Positions 47,835-59,036 of a stretch of DNA of 64,000 nucleotides are shown here, piece by piece. The notes beneath the pieces were generated by a model. It saw nothing but the letters and a program-made list of their open reading frames with translations. It was not told the origin of the DNA and ran no database searches. The position numbers and the translations under genes are program-made. The stretch's first letter is position 1. Every line of letters starts with the position of its first letter. This DNA is from Porticoccaceae bacterium (GTDB lineage Bacteria > Pseudomonadota > Gammaproteobacteria > Pseudomonadales > Porticoccaceae), in the NCBI GenBank assembly GCA_002691825.1, contig NZIZ01000047.1, forward strand, positions 40,940 to 104,939, in the 5' to 3' direction.

Positions 47835-48560
47835 TCATAAACTAAAGTGTTCTCCAAGATAAGTTTGGCGTACTTTTTCGTCTTTGGAAACTTGGTCCGG
47901 TGCTCCGTGAGCAATTACGCGTCCCTCTCCCATAATAAAAGCATTTTGGCAAATATCTAATGTCTCTCTTACATTGTGGTCTGTTATTAGAACACCGATG
48001 CCACGTCGACTTAAATAGCGAATGATATTTTTTATATCATTCATAGAAATTGGATCTACGCCTGCAAAAGGTTCATCTAGCAATATAAATTGAGGTTGTG
48101 TTGCGAGTGCCCGCGCTATTTCTACCCTACGGCGCTCCCCACCTGACAGACTGCCGCCTAGACTGTTTTGCAGATGCGTGATGTTTAACTCTTCCATAAG
48201 TTCTTCGAGTTGTCGCTTTCGCTCCTGCTTTGTTAGACCGTTTACTGTCTCTAAAATTGCCAAAATATTGTTTTGTACATTTAATTTCCTAAAAATCGAT
48301 GGTTCTTGAGGGAGATAACCGAGACCTTTTCTTGCGCGACCATGCACAGGAAGGTTTCCAATGTCAGAACCATCAATTGTTATACGGCCGCGGTCTTGCT
48401 CGATTAGGCCTATAATCATATAAAAGCAAGTCGTTTTTCCAGCCCCATTTGGGCCAAGGAGACCCACTATTTCTCCTTGATTCAACCAAAGTGACACATC
48501 CTGCACTACAGGTTTCCGTGCATAGGACTTCGCAAGGTTGCGCGCTTCTAAACATTTCAT
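47835..48560 (-). CDS. lptB: LPS export ABC ATPase LptB
   Basis: [63 protein letters not shown]. Confidence 0.98.
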   Translation of the reverse strand: MKCLEARNLAKSYARKPVVQDVSLWLNQGEIVGLLGPNGAGKTTCFYMIIGLIEQDRGRITIDGSDIGNLPVHGRARKGLGYLPQEPSIFRKLNVQNNILAILETVNGLTKQERKRQLEELMEELNITHLQNSLGGSLSGGERRRVEIARALATQPQFILLDEPFAGVDPISMNDIKNIIRYLSRRGIGVLITDHNVRETLDICQNAFIMGEGRVIAHGAPDQVSKDEKVRQTYLGEHFSL

Positions 48561-49075
48561 GGTATTAGATTCTTCGTTTTTTCGCTTTTGGGAGGAATAA
48601 AAAGTCTAATACGCTTTTTACTATTCTCTGCTCCTCCAGCCTTCCATATCTCATTTTTAAGGTCATAGTTTATAGAATCTCCTGTTATTAAAGTTCCATA
48701 GCTCGAAAGGGAGGCGTTTTGCTTCAGATTGATCTGTTGTTCTTGCAATAAATATTCGACATCATCTGCGGTTCCAATTAAGTCAGGAGTTTGAGATGTG
48801 ATATCTAATTGTTTGAAACTGGCTGGCGATCCGGCACAGTGAATTTTTGAAATTTGTTCTGCATTCTCTGTAATTGTTACAAGATCGGCTTTAATCGATA
48901 AGTTGCCTTGTGTTATGAGCACATTTCCTTTGTATATTGTAATCCCTGTTTTTTCGTTACGTTCAGCCAAGTCAGATTCGATACTTATTGGTAATAGAGC
49001 TTGAGCCTTAATCCCACCACTGACTAGAATAAGATAAATGATAAGCGGGCTGACAAAACTATCGAAAGGTTTCAT
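48557..49075 (-). CDS. lptA: LPS transport periplasmic protein LptA
   Basis: [33 protein letters not shown]; located between lptC and lptB. Confidence 0.9.
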   Translation of the reverse strand: MKPFDSFVSPLIIYLILVSGGIKAQALLPISIESDLAERNEKTGITIYKGNVLITQGNLSIKADLVTITENAEQISKIHCAGSPASFKQLDITSQTPDLIGTADDVEYLLQEQQINLKQNASLSSYGTLITGDSINYDLKNEIWKAGGAENSKKRIRLFIPPKSEKTKNLIP

Positions 49076-49622
49076 AGTGCGCTTGGATGTTTTTCTTAAA
49101 ATGGTAATTACCAGATAATGGTTTTGCCGTGATGCCGACTCCGGTTAGCTTAGTGTTGTGAGATTTTAGTGAAAAGAATGCGTCGTTCTCTATTTGTCCT
49201 GAGTCGAACGTGTAGATTAAATTCTCAGTGGAAAGAGTGGAGATTTCGTTTTCCAAGGTTGATTTCAGTTGTACGTTGCCAGTCATAAAAATTTTATTCG
49301 TCTCTTTTACAAGTAAGGCGCTCTTTGCAATTAAACGCACAGAATTCTTGGAACTACCTGCGACGAGCACTGGTTTTTCAAAAAGCGCAACGCCTTTTTT
49401 ATAAAATAGTTCGATTTTTGGAGTTACTAGTAATAAATTCCTTTGGCCATCAGTTCCAAAGATGCTTGTACTGGCTTGTCCCATATAACTATCTGCTATT
49501 AAGTTTCTATCGGTGTTTATATGTTTTTTTTCCAGAAATGATTCTGGCGACGAGTCCCAGATTAACAAGAATCCTGTAATCATTATTATTGCAGAGCTAA
49601 TTATAAAAAACTGCTTTATCAT
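49059..49622 (-). CDS. lptC: LPS export protein LptC
   Basis: N-terminal TM then a beta-jellyroll (GNV, LSTENL); ATG 49622 overlaps the kdsC stop. Confidence 0.82.
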   Translation of the reverse strand: MIKQFFIISSAIIMITGFLLIWDSSPESFLEKKHINTDRNLIADSYMGQASTSIFGTDGQRNLLLVTPKIELFYKKGVALFEKPVLVAGSSKNSVRLIAKSALLVKETNKIFMTGNVQLKSTLENEISTLSTENLIYTFDSGQIENDAFFSLKSHNTKLTGVGITAKPLSGNYHFKKNIQAHYETFR

Positions 49623-50173
49623 GTATATTGGGTCAGTATGCTTTGATATTTGCCTTGAGAAGCTAACAAGAGCTCGGCCACTTCTCGCACCGCGCCATTT
49701 CCGCCACTCGCTTTGGTGCACCATGCAGCAACTTGATGTATCCTAAAATTAGCATTTGCGACGCAAATGCCTAGACCAACACGACTAATGGCGCATAGGT
49801 CAGGAAAATCATCACCGATAAAACAAATTTGATTAAGTGTAAGTGAGTATTTTTGACAAATACTTTCAACATCCTTTAGTTTATTTTTACTACCTTGTAT
49901 GACTGGAGCTATATCCAATTCATCCGCTCTGCGAAGAACTAGCTCTGACGTTCTGCCGGTGATAATTCCAACCATAATATTTGAGGCGTTGAGTAATTTT
50001 ATGCCTAGACCATCTTTGATATCGAATGCCTTCAATTCTTCTCCTTTGTTTCCATAATACAACTTACCATCGGTGAGCACGCCATCAACGTCCAGCAATA
50101 GCAGCTTTACACGCTTTGCGGCTTCAACTATTTTTGATGGCACTCCGGCAAGAATTTGAGAAGACGGGCTCAT
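49619..50173 (-). CDS. kdsC: KDO 8-phosphate phosphatase
   Basis: LLLLDVDGVLTDG, KAFDIKDGLG, IITGR, IGDDFPD, GGNGAVRE. Confidence 0.96.
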   Translation of the reverse strand: MSPSSQILAGVPSKIVEAAKRVKLLLLDVDGVLTDGKLYYGNKGEELKAFDIKDGLGIKLLNASNIMVGIITGRTSELVLRRADELDIAPVIQGSKNKLKDVESICQKYSLTLNQICFIGDDFPDLCAISRVGLGICVANANFRIHQVAAWCTKASGGNGAVREVAELLLASQGKYQSILTQYT

Positions 50174-51141
50174 ATTACTCCCGCTCTAACAAGATCATGC
50201 ATATGCAAAATTCCGCAGAGGCAATTTGACTCGTTCGTTATTAGTAAAGTTGTAATTGACAAGTCTTCCATAATATTCAACGCCTCTGCGGCGAGAATAT
50301 CACCGGAAATAGTTTTTGGATTTGCTGACATTACATCTTTAACCAAGGTACTACCAATGTTCAATCCTTGCGATATCATTCTCCTCAAATCGCCATCTGT
50401 AAAAATTCCCACCAAGCGTTCAGAAACATCGAAGATTGCTGTTACACCGAAACCCTTTGCAGTCATCTCTAGCAGAGCTGTTTGCACAAAATCATTGTAA
50501 TAGACTCGGGGCACTGAGGTATTTTCATGCATTAAGTCTCTTGCTCTTAGAAGAAGTTTTCGTCCGAGCGCCCCACCGGGATGAGACATCGCAAAATCAT
50601 ATTCGCTAAAACCACGCGTTTCTAAAAGTGATATCGCTAGCGCATCACCAAGAACGAGACAAGTGGTTGTGCTCGTTGTGGGAGCTAAATTCATCGGACA
50701 TGCTTCACGCGCTACTTGGATACAAAGGTGGGTGGCTGCGGCTTTTGCAATTTCCGATTTGGCATTCCCCGTCATGCTGATGAGCGGAACACTAAGTCGT
50801 TTTACTCTAGGGAGAATTGTGAGAATCTCCGATGTAGAGCCTGAGTTGGAGATGGCGAGAACGACATCCTCTGATGTGATCATTCCTAAATCTCCGTGAC
50901 TTGCTTCGGCCGGATGCAGGAAAAAAGCAGGTGTTCCGGTGCTGGCAAGTGTTGAAGCGATCTTATTAGCTATGTGCCCTGATTTACCTATGCCAGTGAC
51001 TGCTACTCGACCTTTACATTTGAGGATAATGTTGCATGCCGATTCAAAATGTTGATCAATCTTTGTTCTTAATTGAGTTATAGCTTCGGCAGCTAAATCA
51101 ATTGTTCGCAAAGCAGATTTAGTCATCTTTTTCGATCTCAT
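50170..51141 (-). CDS. kdsD: Arabinose 5-phosphate isomerase
   Basis: TGIGKSGHI, HPAEASHGDLG, EACPMNLAPTTSTT, HPGGALG, C-terminal CBS pair. Confidence 0.97.
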   Translation of the reverse strand: MRSKKMTKSALRTIDLAAEAITQLRTKIDQHFESACNIILKCKGRVAVTGIGKSGHIANKIASTLASTGTPAFFLHPAEASHGDLGMITSEDVVLAISNSGSTSEILTILPRVKRLSVPLISMTGNAKSEIAKAAATHLCIQVAREACPMNLAPTTSTTTCLVLGDALAISLLETRGFSEYDFAMSHPGGALGRKLLLRARDLMHENTSVPRVYYNDFVQTALLEMTAKGFGVTAIFDVSERLVGIFTDGDLRRMISQGLNIGSTLVKDVMSANPKTISGDILAAEALNIMEDLSITTLLITNESNCLCGILHMHDLVRAGVI

Positions 51142-51227
51142 CGTAATAATTTGTGGGCCTCAATTTAATAGAAGAGTGAACGTTTTTTACGAGGCGTATT
51201 GATTAATGTTCCATTTATATAGGTACA

Positions 51228-52220
51228 TTACCTTAGAAAATTTAGAGAAGTCCACAAGATTCCATAGTAAAAAACATAACTAGTAAGGAATAGAGCGCCA
51301 ACACGCCTTGATATTTTTCCGGGGCCATTAGTGTTAGTGTCTTTAAATATTGCTTGAGCTACACAAATAACGAGAAGAACAGTCATTACCGTCATGCTCA
51401 GATAATCTCGTAACATAACATCTGGGCTTAAATTAATCGGGGATATCGCGCCGGCAGCGCTCATTACGAGTAGTAAATTAAAAAGATTGGAGCCAAAAAC
51501 ATTACCAACGGCAATATCATGATGACCTTTAAGTGCACTTACGATCGAAGCGGCTAACTCTGGAAGACTAGTACCCAGTGCTATGATTGTTAATCCAATT
51601 ATTAATTCACTTATACTCAAGTAGAGGGCTATTTCACGTGCTCCCCAAACTGTTATTTTGGCACTGACAAGAAGAACCGCTAAGCCGCCTAAAAACCAAA
51701 AAATTGTGGTTTTAGTATTAATTTCGGCGTGGTCTGTTTCAACTTCCGAGACAGCTGCGTTATTTCCTCCCTTATATTTTACTAAAGTTATTAGGAGAGG
51801 AATAGTAAGCATTGCGAGGAAAATACTCTCCAAGCGTCCCAGCATTCCGTCATAGAGGCAAAGACCTGCAATCAAAGTCACGATCACAAGCACCGGGCTC
51901 TCCTCACGCAAAAGATGTTTTTTTACCGGAAGTGGGGCGATGAGTGCAGTTACGCCTAAAACTAGTCCGATATTCGCCAAATTTGAACCTATGGCATTAC
52001 CAACAGCTAATTCTCCGACACCATCTAGCGCTGCATTGATGGAAACAATTATCTCCGGCGCGGATGTGCCAATAGAAACAACTGTCAGTCCAACGACCAT
52101 TGGAGATATTCCAAGTTTTCTCGCTGTCGCTGCACTACCTAAGACAAATTTATCGGCTCCCAGAACTAATCCGACAATGCCAAAGATTAATGCCGCGATG
52201 GCCATAAGTAAAGTGGTCAT
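51228..52220 (-). CDS. yrbG: Ca2+/Na+ antiporter YrbG
   Basis: Two alpha repeats GTSAPE and GTSLPE with GNAIGSN / GNVFGSN. Confidence 0.93.
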   Translation of the reverse strand: MTTLLMAIAALIFGIVGLVLGADKFVLGSAATARKLGISPMVVGLTVVSIGTSAPEIIVSINAALDGVGELAVGNAIGSNLANIGLVLGVTALIAPLPVKKHLLREESPVLVIVTLIAGLCLYDGMLGRLESIFLAMLTIPLLITLVKYKGGNNAAVSEVETDHAEINTKTTIFWFLGGLAVLLVSAKITVWGAREIALYLSISELIIGLTIIALGTSLPELAASIVSALKGHHDIAVGNVFGSNLFNLLLVMSAAGAISPINLSPDVMLRDYLSMTVMTVLLVICVAQAIFKDTNTNGPGKISRRVGALFLTSYVFYYGILWTSLNFLR

Positions 52221-52368
52221 GAGGGCTCCGAACACCGCAACTGGTTTTTTTATATACTATGAAATGGTATAGTGATTTTAAAGTAATGTCATGCTGCTGT
52301 GGTTGCTTTATTGGTGAAAAATTTCCAATTGTGCTTGCTTTTAACAGACGTTTATTAAGGATGGTGAC

Positions 52369-53076
52369 TTGAAAAGGAATCGTTTGCCTGCGGTAGCTGC
52401 AATTACAGTCATAATGCTATTGTCTTTTAGTTCCCTCGGAGAAATCAGGGGGGCCAGCATTGATCCTAAGGTAAATTTTATTGATCGATCGCCTGAAAAA
52501 ATGAAAGGGTTTGATGTTAAAATATTGGCGGACCAAAATATTGATCCTTTTGATCTCATAGATAAACTCACCGTTTCTTTAGTGCAAATTATCTCGACTT
52601 ATAAAAATTCAGACGCTATTAAAGAGGAAGTTTTTTTTAAAACTATCATGGCACAAATGTCACCGCATATAGATTTTTGGCGTATGTCGCGCGCCGTCAT
52701 GGGTAAGTACCGCACAGTAGCTACTGAAAAGCAGTTGGCAAAGTTCACAGATGTCTTTCAAAAAAGCATGTTGGAGACATACGGTCGTGGCCTCCTTAGT
52801 TTTAACGATGAGAAAATCATTATTATAAATCGGCGAAAAATTTCACCGGATGAGCGGAGGGTCGCAGTAAAACAGGAGATCCACAGTTTAGGAAAAGTTT
52901 ATCCTCTTTCATATACAATGAGGAAGAGAGAAGCGGGAGCATGGGTTATTTCAAATGTGGTTATAGATGGGATAAATCTTGGTAAAACTCTACGTAATCA
53001 GTTTGGTTTGGCAGCACAAAAAAATCGTGGCAATTTAGATACTGTAATTGAAAATTGGTTAGCAAACACTGAATGA
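52369..53076 (+). CDS. mlaC: Phospholipid-binding protein MlaC/Ttg2D
   Basis: Signal peptide, IDFWRMSRAVMG, F..SMLETY, WVISNVVIDGINLG..LRNQF. Confidence 0.9.
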   Translation: MKRNRLPAVAAITVIMLLSFSSLGEIRGASIDPKVNFIDRSPEKMKGFDVKILADQNIDPFDLIDKLTVSLVQIISTYKNSDAIKEEVFFKTIMAQMSPHIDFWRMSRAVMGKYRTVATEKQLAKFTDVFQKSMLETYGRGLLSFNDEKIIIINRRKISPDERRVAVKQEIHSLGKVYPLSYTMRKREAGAWVISNVVIDGINLGKTLRNQFGLAAQKNRGNLDTVIENWLANTE

Positions 53077-53098
53077 CTGTTAACTCCGAGATAAAATT

Positions 53099-53353
53099 TT
53101 GATGTCGACAGACGAACTATATGCTCTTTTGGACCTCAAATTTTCGGGATCCTACATTGATGTAAAGCGTAGCGGTAATCAATACTTGATAACCGTTGTG
53201 GACGATGTGTTTGTCGGTAAGAAACCGGTTCAACGACAGCAATTGGTTTATTCTGCGCTGCAAACAGCGATCACTAGTGGAATTATTCACGCTGTTCAAA
53301 TCAAAACATACAGTAAACAAGAGTGGCAGCAGATTATTTCTAATAAGGTGTAG
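53099..53353 (+). CDS. ibaG: BolA/IbaG family protein
   Basis: VVDDVFVGK.PVQRQQLVY..L...I..G.IHAVQIKTY...EW; precedes murA. Confidence 0.9.
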   Translation: MMSTDELYALLDLKFSGSYIDVKRSGNQYLITVVDDVFVGKKPVQRQQLVYSALQTAITSGIIHAVQIKTYSKQEWQQIISNKV

Positions 53354-53411
53354 AGTGCTTAACCGATGGTATGGTGGCTAAAAACAGTCAAGTAATTTTC
53401 CTAGGCATAAT

Positions 53412-54674
53412 ATGGAAAAATTAATTATCCAAGGTGGTACGCCGTTAATCGGGTCTGTGGAAATATCGGGCTCGAAAAATTCTTCTTTACCTATTCTGGC
53501 CGCGATGCTGCTCTGTGAGGGTAAAACAACGGTTGCAAATTTGCCTCATCTTCAAGATGTGACGACTTTTTTGGAACTGCTCGGTTCTCTCGGAGTCGAA
53601 TTAAGCATAGACGAAAATCGTTACGTCGAGGCCGATACGCGCACAATTCACAGCTTGGCAACACCCTCTGAGTTGGTCAAAAAGATGCGTGCTTCAATTT
53701 TGGTGTTGGGTCCGATGGTGAGTCGGTTCGGAGAGGCTAAAGTATCTTTTCCGGGTGGCTGTGCGATTGGCAGCCGCCCTGTGGATCTTCACATCGGGGG
53801 GATGGAATCTTTAGGAGCCGAAATCACAATAGAAAATGGGTTTATTAAAGCCTCTCGGAGAGGTCGTTTGCGCGGGGCGACCATAAGTTTGCCCTTCCCT
53901 TCAGTTGGAGCGACAGAAAACATTATCATGGCGGCCTCTTTAGCTGAGGGAACTACGCGAATAAAGAATCCTGCTTTGGAACCAGAAATTGTCGATTTTG
54001 CTAATTGTTTGAATGCTTGGGGAGCTAATATTCGCGGTGCCGGAACACCTACGATATTAATTGAGGGCGTTCCAAAAATGAATGGTGGTTTCTTTCGAGT
54101 AATGCCAGATCGAATAGAGACTGCGACTTACTTAGCTGCAGCGGCTGCAACCGGAGGGAAAGTGCGAACAAGGCACGTCGAACTATCAAACATTGGCTCA
54201 GTTCTTGAAAAATTTCGGAAAACTGGAGGCGATCTAACATATGGTACAGATTGGATAGAGATTGATATGCAAGGTAAACGCCCAAAGGCAGTGGATTTTA
54301 TAACTGGTCCTCATCCCGGCTTCCCGACTGATATGCAAGCTCAATTTACAGTTGTCAACTCTGTAGCAATGGGGATTTCTTCTGTGACGGAAACAATTTT
54401 TGAAAATCGCTTAATGCAAGTACAAGAACTTCGTCGAATGGGGGCAAAAATTGATTTGAATGGTAATGTGGCGGTTGTTACAGGAGTACCCAAACTTACA
54501 GGAGCTCGTGTTGTAGCTTCCGACTTGAGGGCATCAGCGGCGCTAGTCATTGCGGGAATCGCGGCAGAGGGAGAAACAACGATTGACGAAATTTACCATG
54601 TGGATCGCGGGTATGAGTGTTTCGAGGAGAAATTACATCAGCTTGGTGCTAAACTCACCCGATTACCGGATTAA
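53412..54674 (+). CDS. murA: UDP-N-acetylglucosamine 1-carboxyvinyltransferase
   Basis: SGSKNSSLP, MRASILVLGP, PGGCAIGSRPVDLH, PDRIE, PGFPTDMQ, DLRASA. Confidence 0.98.
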   Translation: MEKLIIQGGTPLIGSVEISGSKNSSLPILAAMLLCEGKTTVANLPHLQDVTTFLELLGSLGVELSIDENRYVEADTRTIHSLATPSELVKKMRASILVLGPMVSRFGEAKVSFPGGCAIGSRPVDLHIGGMESLGAEITIENGFIKASRRGRLRGATISLPFPSVGATENIIMAASLAEGTTRIKNPALEPEIVDFANCLNAWGANIRGAGTPTILIEGVPKMNGGFFRVMPDRIETATYLAAAAATGGKVRTRHVELSNIGSVLEKFRKTGGDLTYGTDWIEIDMQGKRPKAVDFITGPHPGFPTDMQAQFTVVNSVAMGISSVTETIFENRLMQVQELRRMGAKIDLNGNVAVVTGVPKLTGARVVASDLRASAALVIAGIAAEGETTIDEIYHVDRGYECFEEKLHQLGAKLTRLPD

Positions 54675-54687
54675 TAGATAGGGGGAA

Positions 54688-55338
54688 ATGGTGTTGCATA
54701 TGGTAACATTAGCCCTTACAAAAGGGCGTGTATTGAGAGAATCGCTTCCAATATTACGTGAGGCCGGAATTTTTCCAGTAGAAGATATTTTTGGTAGTCG
54801 CAAACTTATGTTTGGGACCAACATCCAGCACCTTAGATTAGTGATATTGCGTGGAGTTGATGTGCCAACTTATGTGCAATTTGGCGCTGCAGATCTGGGA
54901 ATTACCGGTAAGGACCAGCTTTTAGAACATGGCGGGGAGGGATACTATGAGCCCCTTGATTTGAAGATCGCCCCATGCCGGCTCATGACTGCAGCATTAC
55001 CGTCCGTCGAAGTAAGCTTCGATCGAACTGTGGTAGCGACAAAATATGTCAATGTCGCTCGAAGATTTTACGCTGAAATGGGACGCCAAACAGAGCTAAT
55101 TAAGTTATACGGCGCAATGGAACTAGCCCCAATATTAGATTTGTCAGATGAAATAGTCGATATTGTAGATACAGGGAATACGCTTGCTGCACATGGGCTT
55201 ATCGCTAAAAAGCTTATCGCCAATGTAAGCTCTCGGTTGATTGTGAATAAAATAGCTATGAAAACTAATTTCAGAGTCGTGGACGAAATTATTAATTCGA
55301 TAAGGAACGTTGTGGGATGTGACTATGAAGCAATTTGA
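54688..55338 (+). CDS. hisG: ATP phosphoribosyltransferase, short form
   Basis: [44 protein letters not shown]; lacks the regulatory domain, so HisZ-dependent. Confidence 0.96.
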   Translation: MVLHMVTLALTKGRVLRESLPILREAGIFPVEDIFGSRKLMFGTNIQHLRLVILRGVDVPTYVQFGAADLGITGKDQLLEHGGEGYYEPLDLKIAPCRLMTAALPSVEVSFDRTVVATKYVNVARRFYAEMGRQTELIKLYGAMELAPILDLSDEIVDIVDTGNTLAAHGLIAKKLIANVSSRLIVNKIAMKTNFRVVDEIINSIRNVVGCDYEAI

Positions 55339-56644
55339 TAAGATCAGAGTACTTAACACAAATGACCCAATTTTTGATGATACATTTCTTCAGATCACCG
55401 ATCCTGAGATAGCTGAGAGCGAATCAGTTGATAAGATCGTAGATGAAATTATACGAGCAGTGATTGACGACCGCGATGGCGCGCTCTTAGAGTATACCAA
55501 TCGATTTGATGGGAGAAATTGCCGTCATATAGGAGATTTGATCGTCACGCATGATGATCTTGAACACGCAAAAATGGAAGTTGAGCCAAATATTTTGGAG
55601 GCTTTGGAGTTGGCGGCAAAAAGGATCGAAACTTATCATCAACATCAAGTACAGAAATCTTGGCAGTATCTGGAGAAAGATGGAAATCTGCTCGGACAAA
55701 AAATTACTGCGATAGAGCGAGTAGGAGTTTATGTTCCTGGAGGAAAGGCAAGCTATCCGTCGTCGGTTTTGATGAACGTTATTCCCGCGCGAATTGCAGG
55801 AGTAAATGAAATTATTATGGTTGTGCCTGCGCCTAAAGGAGAAGTTAATCCGAGTGTTTTAGCGGCCGCTGCGTTAGTCGGAGTTGAGGAGATATGGACT
55901 ATTGGGGGAGCGCAAGCTGTCGCTGGCCTTGCATATGGTACCCAGTCTCTAAAGAAGGTTGATAAAATAGTGGGCCCCGGAAATATATATGTCGCTTCTG
56001 CTAAACGTAAGTTATTTGGGAAAGTTGGTTTGGATATGGTTGCCGGCCCTAGCGAGATCGTCATTATATGTGATGGAGGGACCAATCCAGATTGGATTGC
56101 GATGGATCTCTTTTCGCAGGCCGAGCATGATGAGAATGCTCAAGCGGTGTTGCTATCATGGGATGAGAGTTTTATAAAACAGGTTCATGCAAGTATCTTA
56201 AAGTTGCTACCCAGTATGGAGCGAAAGGAGATCATCGAAAAGTCCTTTTTCAATCGTGGAGCATTGATAAAAGTTAAAGATAGCGATGAGGCTGTCGCTC
56301 TCTGTAATAAAATGGCACCAGAACATCTTGAATTATCTGTTTCGGAACCTGATATACTCCTCGCGCAAATTTGTCATGCTGGCGCTATATTCCTCGGAAG
56401 AAACTCGCCTGAGGCATTGGGGGATTATTGTGCGGGCCCAAATCACGTTTTACCGACTTCGGCGACAGCGAGATTTTCGTCTCCCCTTGGAGTTTATGAT
56501 TTTCAAAAGCGTAGTTCAGTGATTTCTTGTACGTCGGAGGGAGCCAATTTTCTTGGACGTATTGCGTCAACACTTGCGCGGAGTGAGTCGCTAGAGGCTC
56601 ATGCTCGCTCTGCAGAGTATCGGATTGATGATAAGTATTTCTGA
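55325..56644 (+). CDS. hisD: Histidinol dehydrogenase
   Basis: [53 protein letters not shown]. Confidence 0.98.
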   Translation: MKQFDKIRVLNTNDPIFDDTFLQITDPEIAESESVDKIVDEIIRAVIDDRDGALLEYTNRFDGRNCRHIGDLIVTHDDLEHAKMEVEPNILEALELAAKRIETYHQHQVQKSWQYLEKDGNLLGQKITAIERVGVYVPGGKASYPSSVLMNVIPARIAGVNEIIMVVPAPKGEVNPSVLAAAALVGVEEIWTIGGAQAVAGLAYGTQSLKKVDKIVGPGNIYVASAKRKLFGKVGLDMVAGPSEIVIICDGGTNPDWIAMDLFSQAEHDENAQAVLLSWDESFIKQVHASILKLLPSMERKEIIEKSFFNRGALIKVKDSDEAVALCNKMAPEHLELSVSEPDILLAQICHAGAIFLGRNSPEALGDYCAGPNHVLPTSATARFSSPLGVYDFQKRSSVISCTSEGANFLGRIASTLARSESLEAHARSAEYRIDDKYF

Positions 56645-56658
56645 AAATTAATGGTGAG

Positions 56659-57744
56659 GTGATGGAAGGAGGAAAAAACAATTATTGGAGTAACTTCGTT
56701 AATGATTTAAGTCCATACAAGCCCGGTGAACAACCAAGCGACGAAAATATAATAAAACTAAACACCAATGAGAGTCCTTTTGGACCCTCGCCTCATGTCC
56801 TTCATGCAGTTAATGCAGCACTAAACGATGATTTGAGGCTCTACCCTTCGCCTAATGGTGATCCCTTAAAGAAAGAAATATCAGAGTACTACGGGTTGTC
56901 TGAGAGAAAAGTATTTTTGGGAAATGGGTCTGATGAGGTGCTCGCCCATGCGTTTAATTGCTTTTTTCGCAAAGATAGACCAATACTTTTTCCTGAAATA
57001 ACATACAGTTTTTATTCTGTTTTTTGCAGGCTATATGGTATAGAAAATAAAAAAATTCCGTTGACTAATGATTTAAAGATTAATCTCAAAAAATACGCTA
57101 TCCCAAATGGAGGGATCATTTTTGCTAACCCAAATGCTCCAACTGGAACGCTACTGAGCTTAGATAAGATCCGTTCTCTTTTGGAATTCAATACCGAATC
57201 TGTGGTTATTATTGACGAGGCGTATATTGATTTTGGCGGGGTCAGCGCAATACCCTTGCTAGAGGATTACCCAAATATTCTTATTGTACACACATTGTCA
57301 AAATCACGGTCCCTCGCGGGATTACGAATTGGTTATGCTCTGGGTTCTGATGCTTTAATTAATGGGTTATATAGAGTAAAAAATAGTTTTAATTCATATC
57401 CGACTAGTCGCTTGCAAATTGCAGCAGCAATTGCGTCTTTTAAAGATGAAGAACATTTTCAGAGTAGTTGTAAAAAAATAATAAATGGACGAGATGGCTT
57501 ATCAAAAGGGCTTCAGGCACTCGGCTTTGCTGTGATTCCATCTTTTGGAAATTTTCTGTTGGTGGCTCATACTGAGCACGGAGCTGTAACTATTTTGAAA
57601 CGGCTTCGTCAATATGGGATTTTAGTTCGACATTTTGATCAGAAACCAATTTCAAATCACCTACGAATATCTGTTGGCAGTGACGCGCAAAATAAAGTGC
57701 TTCTTGAGGCTTTGAAAGAGATATGTGGTATCCATGCAATTTGA
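56659..57744 (+). CDS. hisC: Histidinol-phosphate aminotransferase
   Basis: IKLNTNESP, GNGSDEVL, NPNAPTG, DEAYIDF, TLSKSRSLAGLRIG. Confidence 0.97.
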   Translation: MMEGGKNNYWSNFVNDLSPYKPGEQPSDENIIKLNTNESPFGPSPHVLHAVNAALNDDLRLYPSPNGDPLKKEISEYYGLSERKVFLGNGSDEVLAHAFNCFFRKDRPILFPEITYSFYSVFCRLYGIENKKIPLTNDLKINLKKYAIPNGGIIFANPNAPTGTLLSLDKIRSLLEFNTESVVIIDEAYIDFGGVSAIPLLEDYPNILIVHTLSKSRSLAGLRIGYALGSDALINGLYRVKNSFNSYPTSRLQIAAAIASFKDEEHFQSSCKKIINGRDGLSKGLQALGFAVIPSFGNFLLVAHTEHGAVTILKRLRQYGILVRHFDQKPISNHLRISVGSDAQNKVLLEALKEICGIHAI

Positions 57745-57758
57745 AAAGCTTTGCGAAT

Positions 57759-58895
57759 TTAATTTATCGCGCTGATGCTTGGCCTTGTTCCCGCTATCGC
57801 TTCGACCTCAAAGGCAGAACCTCTTCGCCAAATCGAGAGCGTAATCGGGTTGCCGGGTTGGACCTTTGAAATTTGAGTCATGCTTGTTTGTGGATCCAAT
57901 ACGCTGACGCCGTTGATTTCAGTAACGATATCGCCGGGAAAAAGATTCAAATTATCCGATGGACCGTTCGCTGCGATTGCTCGGATCAATAACCCATGTC
58001 GAAGTGGAATTTTTAACTGCCTTGCTAGTCTGGCGGTAACAGGAATTGCATCTAACCCCAACCACCCGCGAATAACAAACCCGTGCTTAAGTATTTCATT
58101 GAGTACATGCATTACTGTTGAGGAAGGTATAGCAAAACTAATAGAACCACTATTGCCGATGCTTGCGGTATTTATCCCGAGCAAGTTTCCATGAAGATCA
58201 ACCAGTGCACCGCCTGAGTTCCCTATGCTTATTCCGGCGTCTGTTTGTAAGAAATTTTCAAAAGTATTTAGTCCCAGTCCTGCCCGACCGGTGGCGCTAA
58301 TAATTCCTTGGGTGACCGTTTGTCCGATGCCATGAGGGTTACCAATTGCCAATACTATGTCTCCAACTGCCGCCGATTCCGATGTTCCTATTGAAATTGG
58401 TTGAAGATTATCGAGATTGATCTTCAGTACCGCCAAATCTGTATCTGGATCGCTTCCTACTAATTTGACAGGAGCAGTCCTACCATCGTAAAGCATAGTA
58501 AGTATTTTTTCCGCATTAGCGATGACATGGTGATTCGTCAAAATTATTCCATCGGACTTCATTATAACTCCGGACCCTAAAGAGGTTTGCGGCACTTTCA
58601 CTTGAGTGACAAGGCGGCCGAAGAGAGGATGCTTCGAGAGTGGATGATCAATGCGACCTAATCCTACTTTGCGAGTATAGATGTTTACCACAGATGGGGC
58701 TGCTCGGCTCACAGCATACGAGTATCCGGTATAGCCACTAACAATTGAGTTGCGTTCGCCAGCGTCGTGTGGTTGATTATCGGCTTTGGCTGCAATCTTT
58801 TCCTTAAAAGACGGAACAACAATAGCTGTCATCAAAGCAATGGCTAGACCGAGCATTGCAGAGGTTGCAATTTTTTCAATAATAGAGTTGTTCAT
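57759..58895 (-). CDS. degS: DegS/AlgW-like HtrA serine protease with one PDZ domain
   Basis: N-terminal TM, SLGSGVI, TNHHVI, DPDTDLAVL, GNSGG, C-terminal PDZ; convergent with hisC as in pseudomonads. Confidence 0.88.
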   Translation of the reverse strand: MNNSIIEKIATSAMLGLAIALMTAIVVPSFKEKIAAKADNQPHDAGERNSIVSGYTGYSYAVSRAAPSVVNIYTRKVGLGRIDHPLSKHPLFGRLVTQVKVPQTSLGSGVIMKSDGIILTNHHVIANAEKILTMLYDGRTAPVKLVGSDPDTDLAVLKINLDNLQPISIGTSESAAVGDIVLAIGNPHGIGQTVTQGIISATGRAGLGLNTFENFLQTDAGISIGNSGGALVDLHGNLLGINTASIGNSGSISFAIPSSTVMHVLNEILKHGFVIRGWLGLDAIPVTARLARQLKIPLRHGLLIRAIAANGPSDNLNLFPGDIVTEINGVSVLDPQTSMTQISKVQPGNPITLSIWRRGSAFEVEAIAGTRPSISAIN

Positions 58896-59036
58896 ATGCT
58901 TATCCCTTGTTAGTTTAAGACACTTACTTGGTTATGTCACATTTTAGAAAAGAAACAGGGTGTAAGCAGGTGCGGCTCACTAAATTGAGGTACGTTACTT
59001 GTTTCTCTAGATTGCACTGACTTTTTGAGGAATAGT

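Noticed and set aside
53752-53790. Fosfomycin-resistant MurA variant
   Set aside because: The active-site Cys in PGGCAIG is retained.
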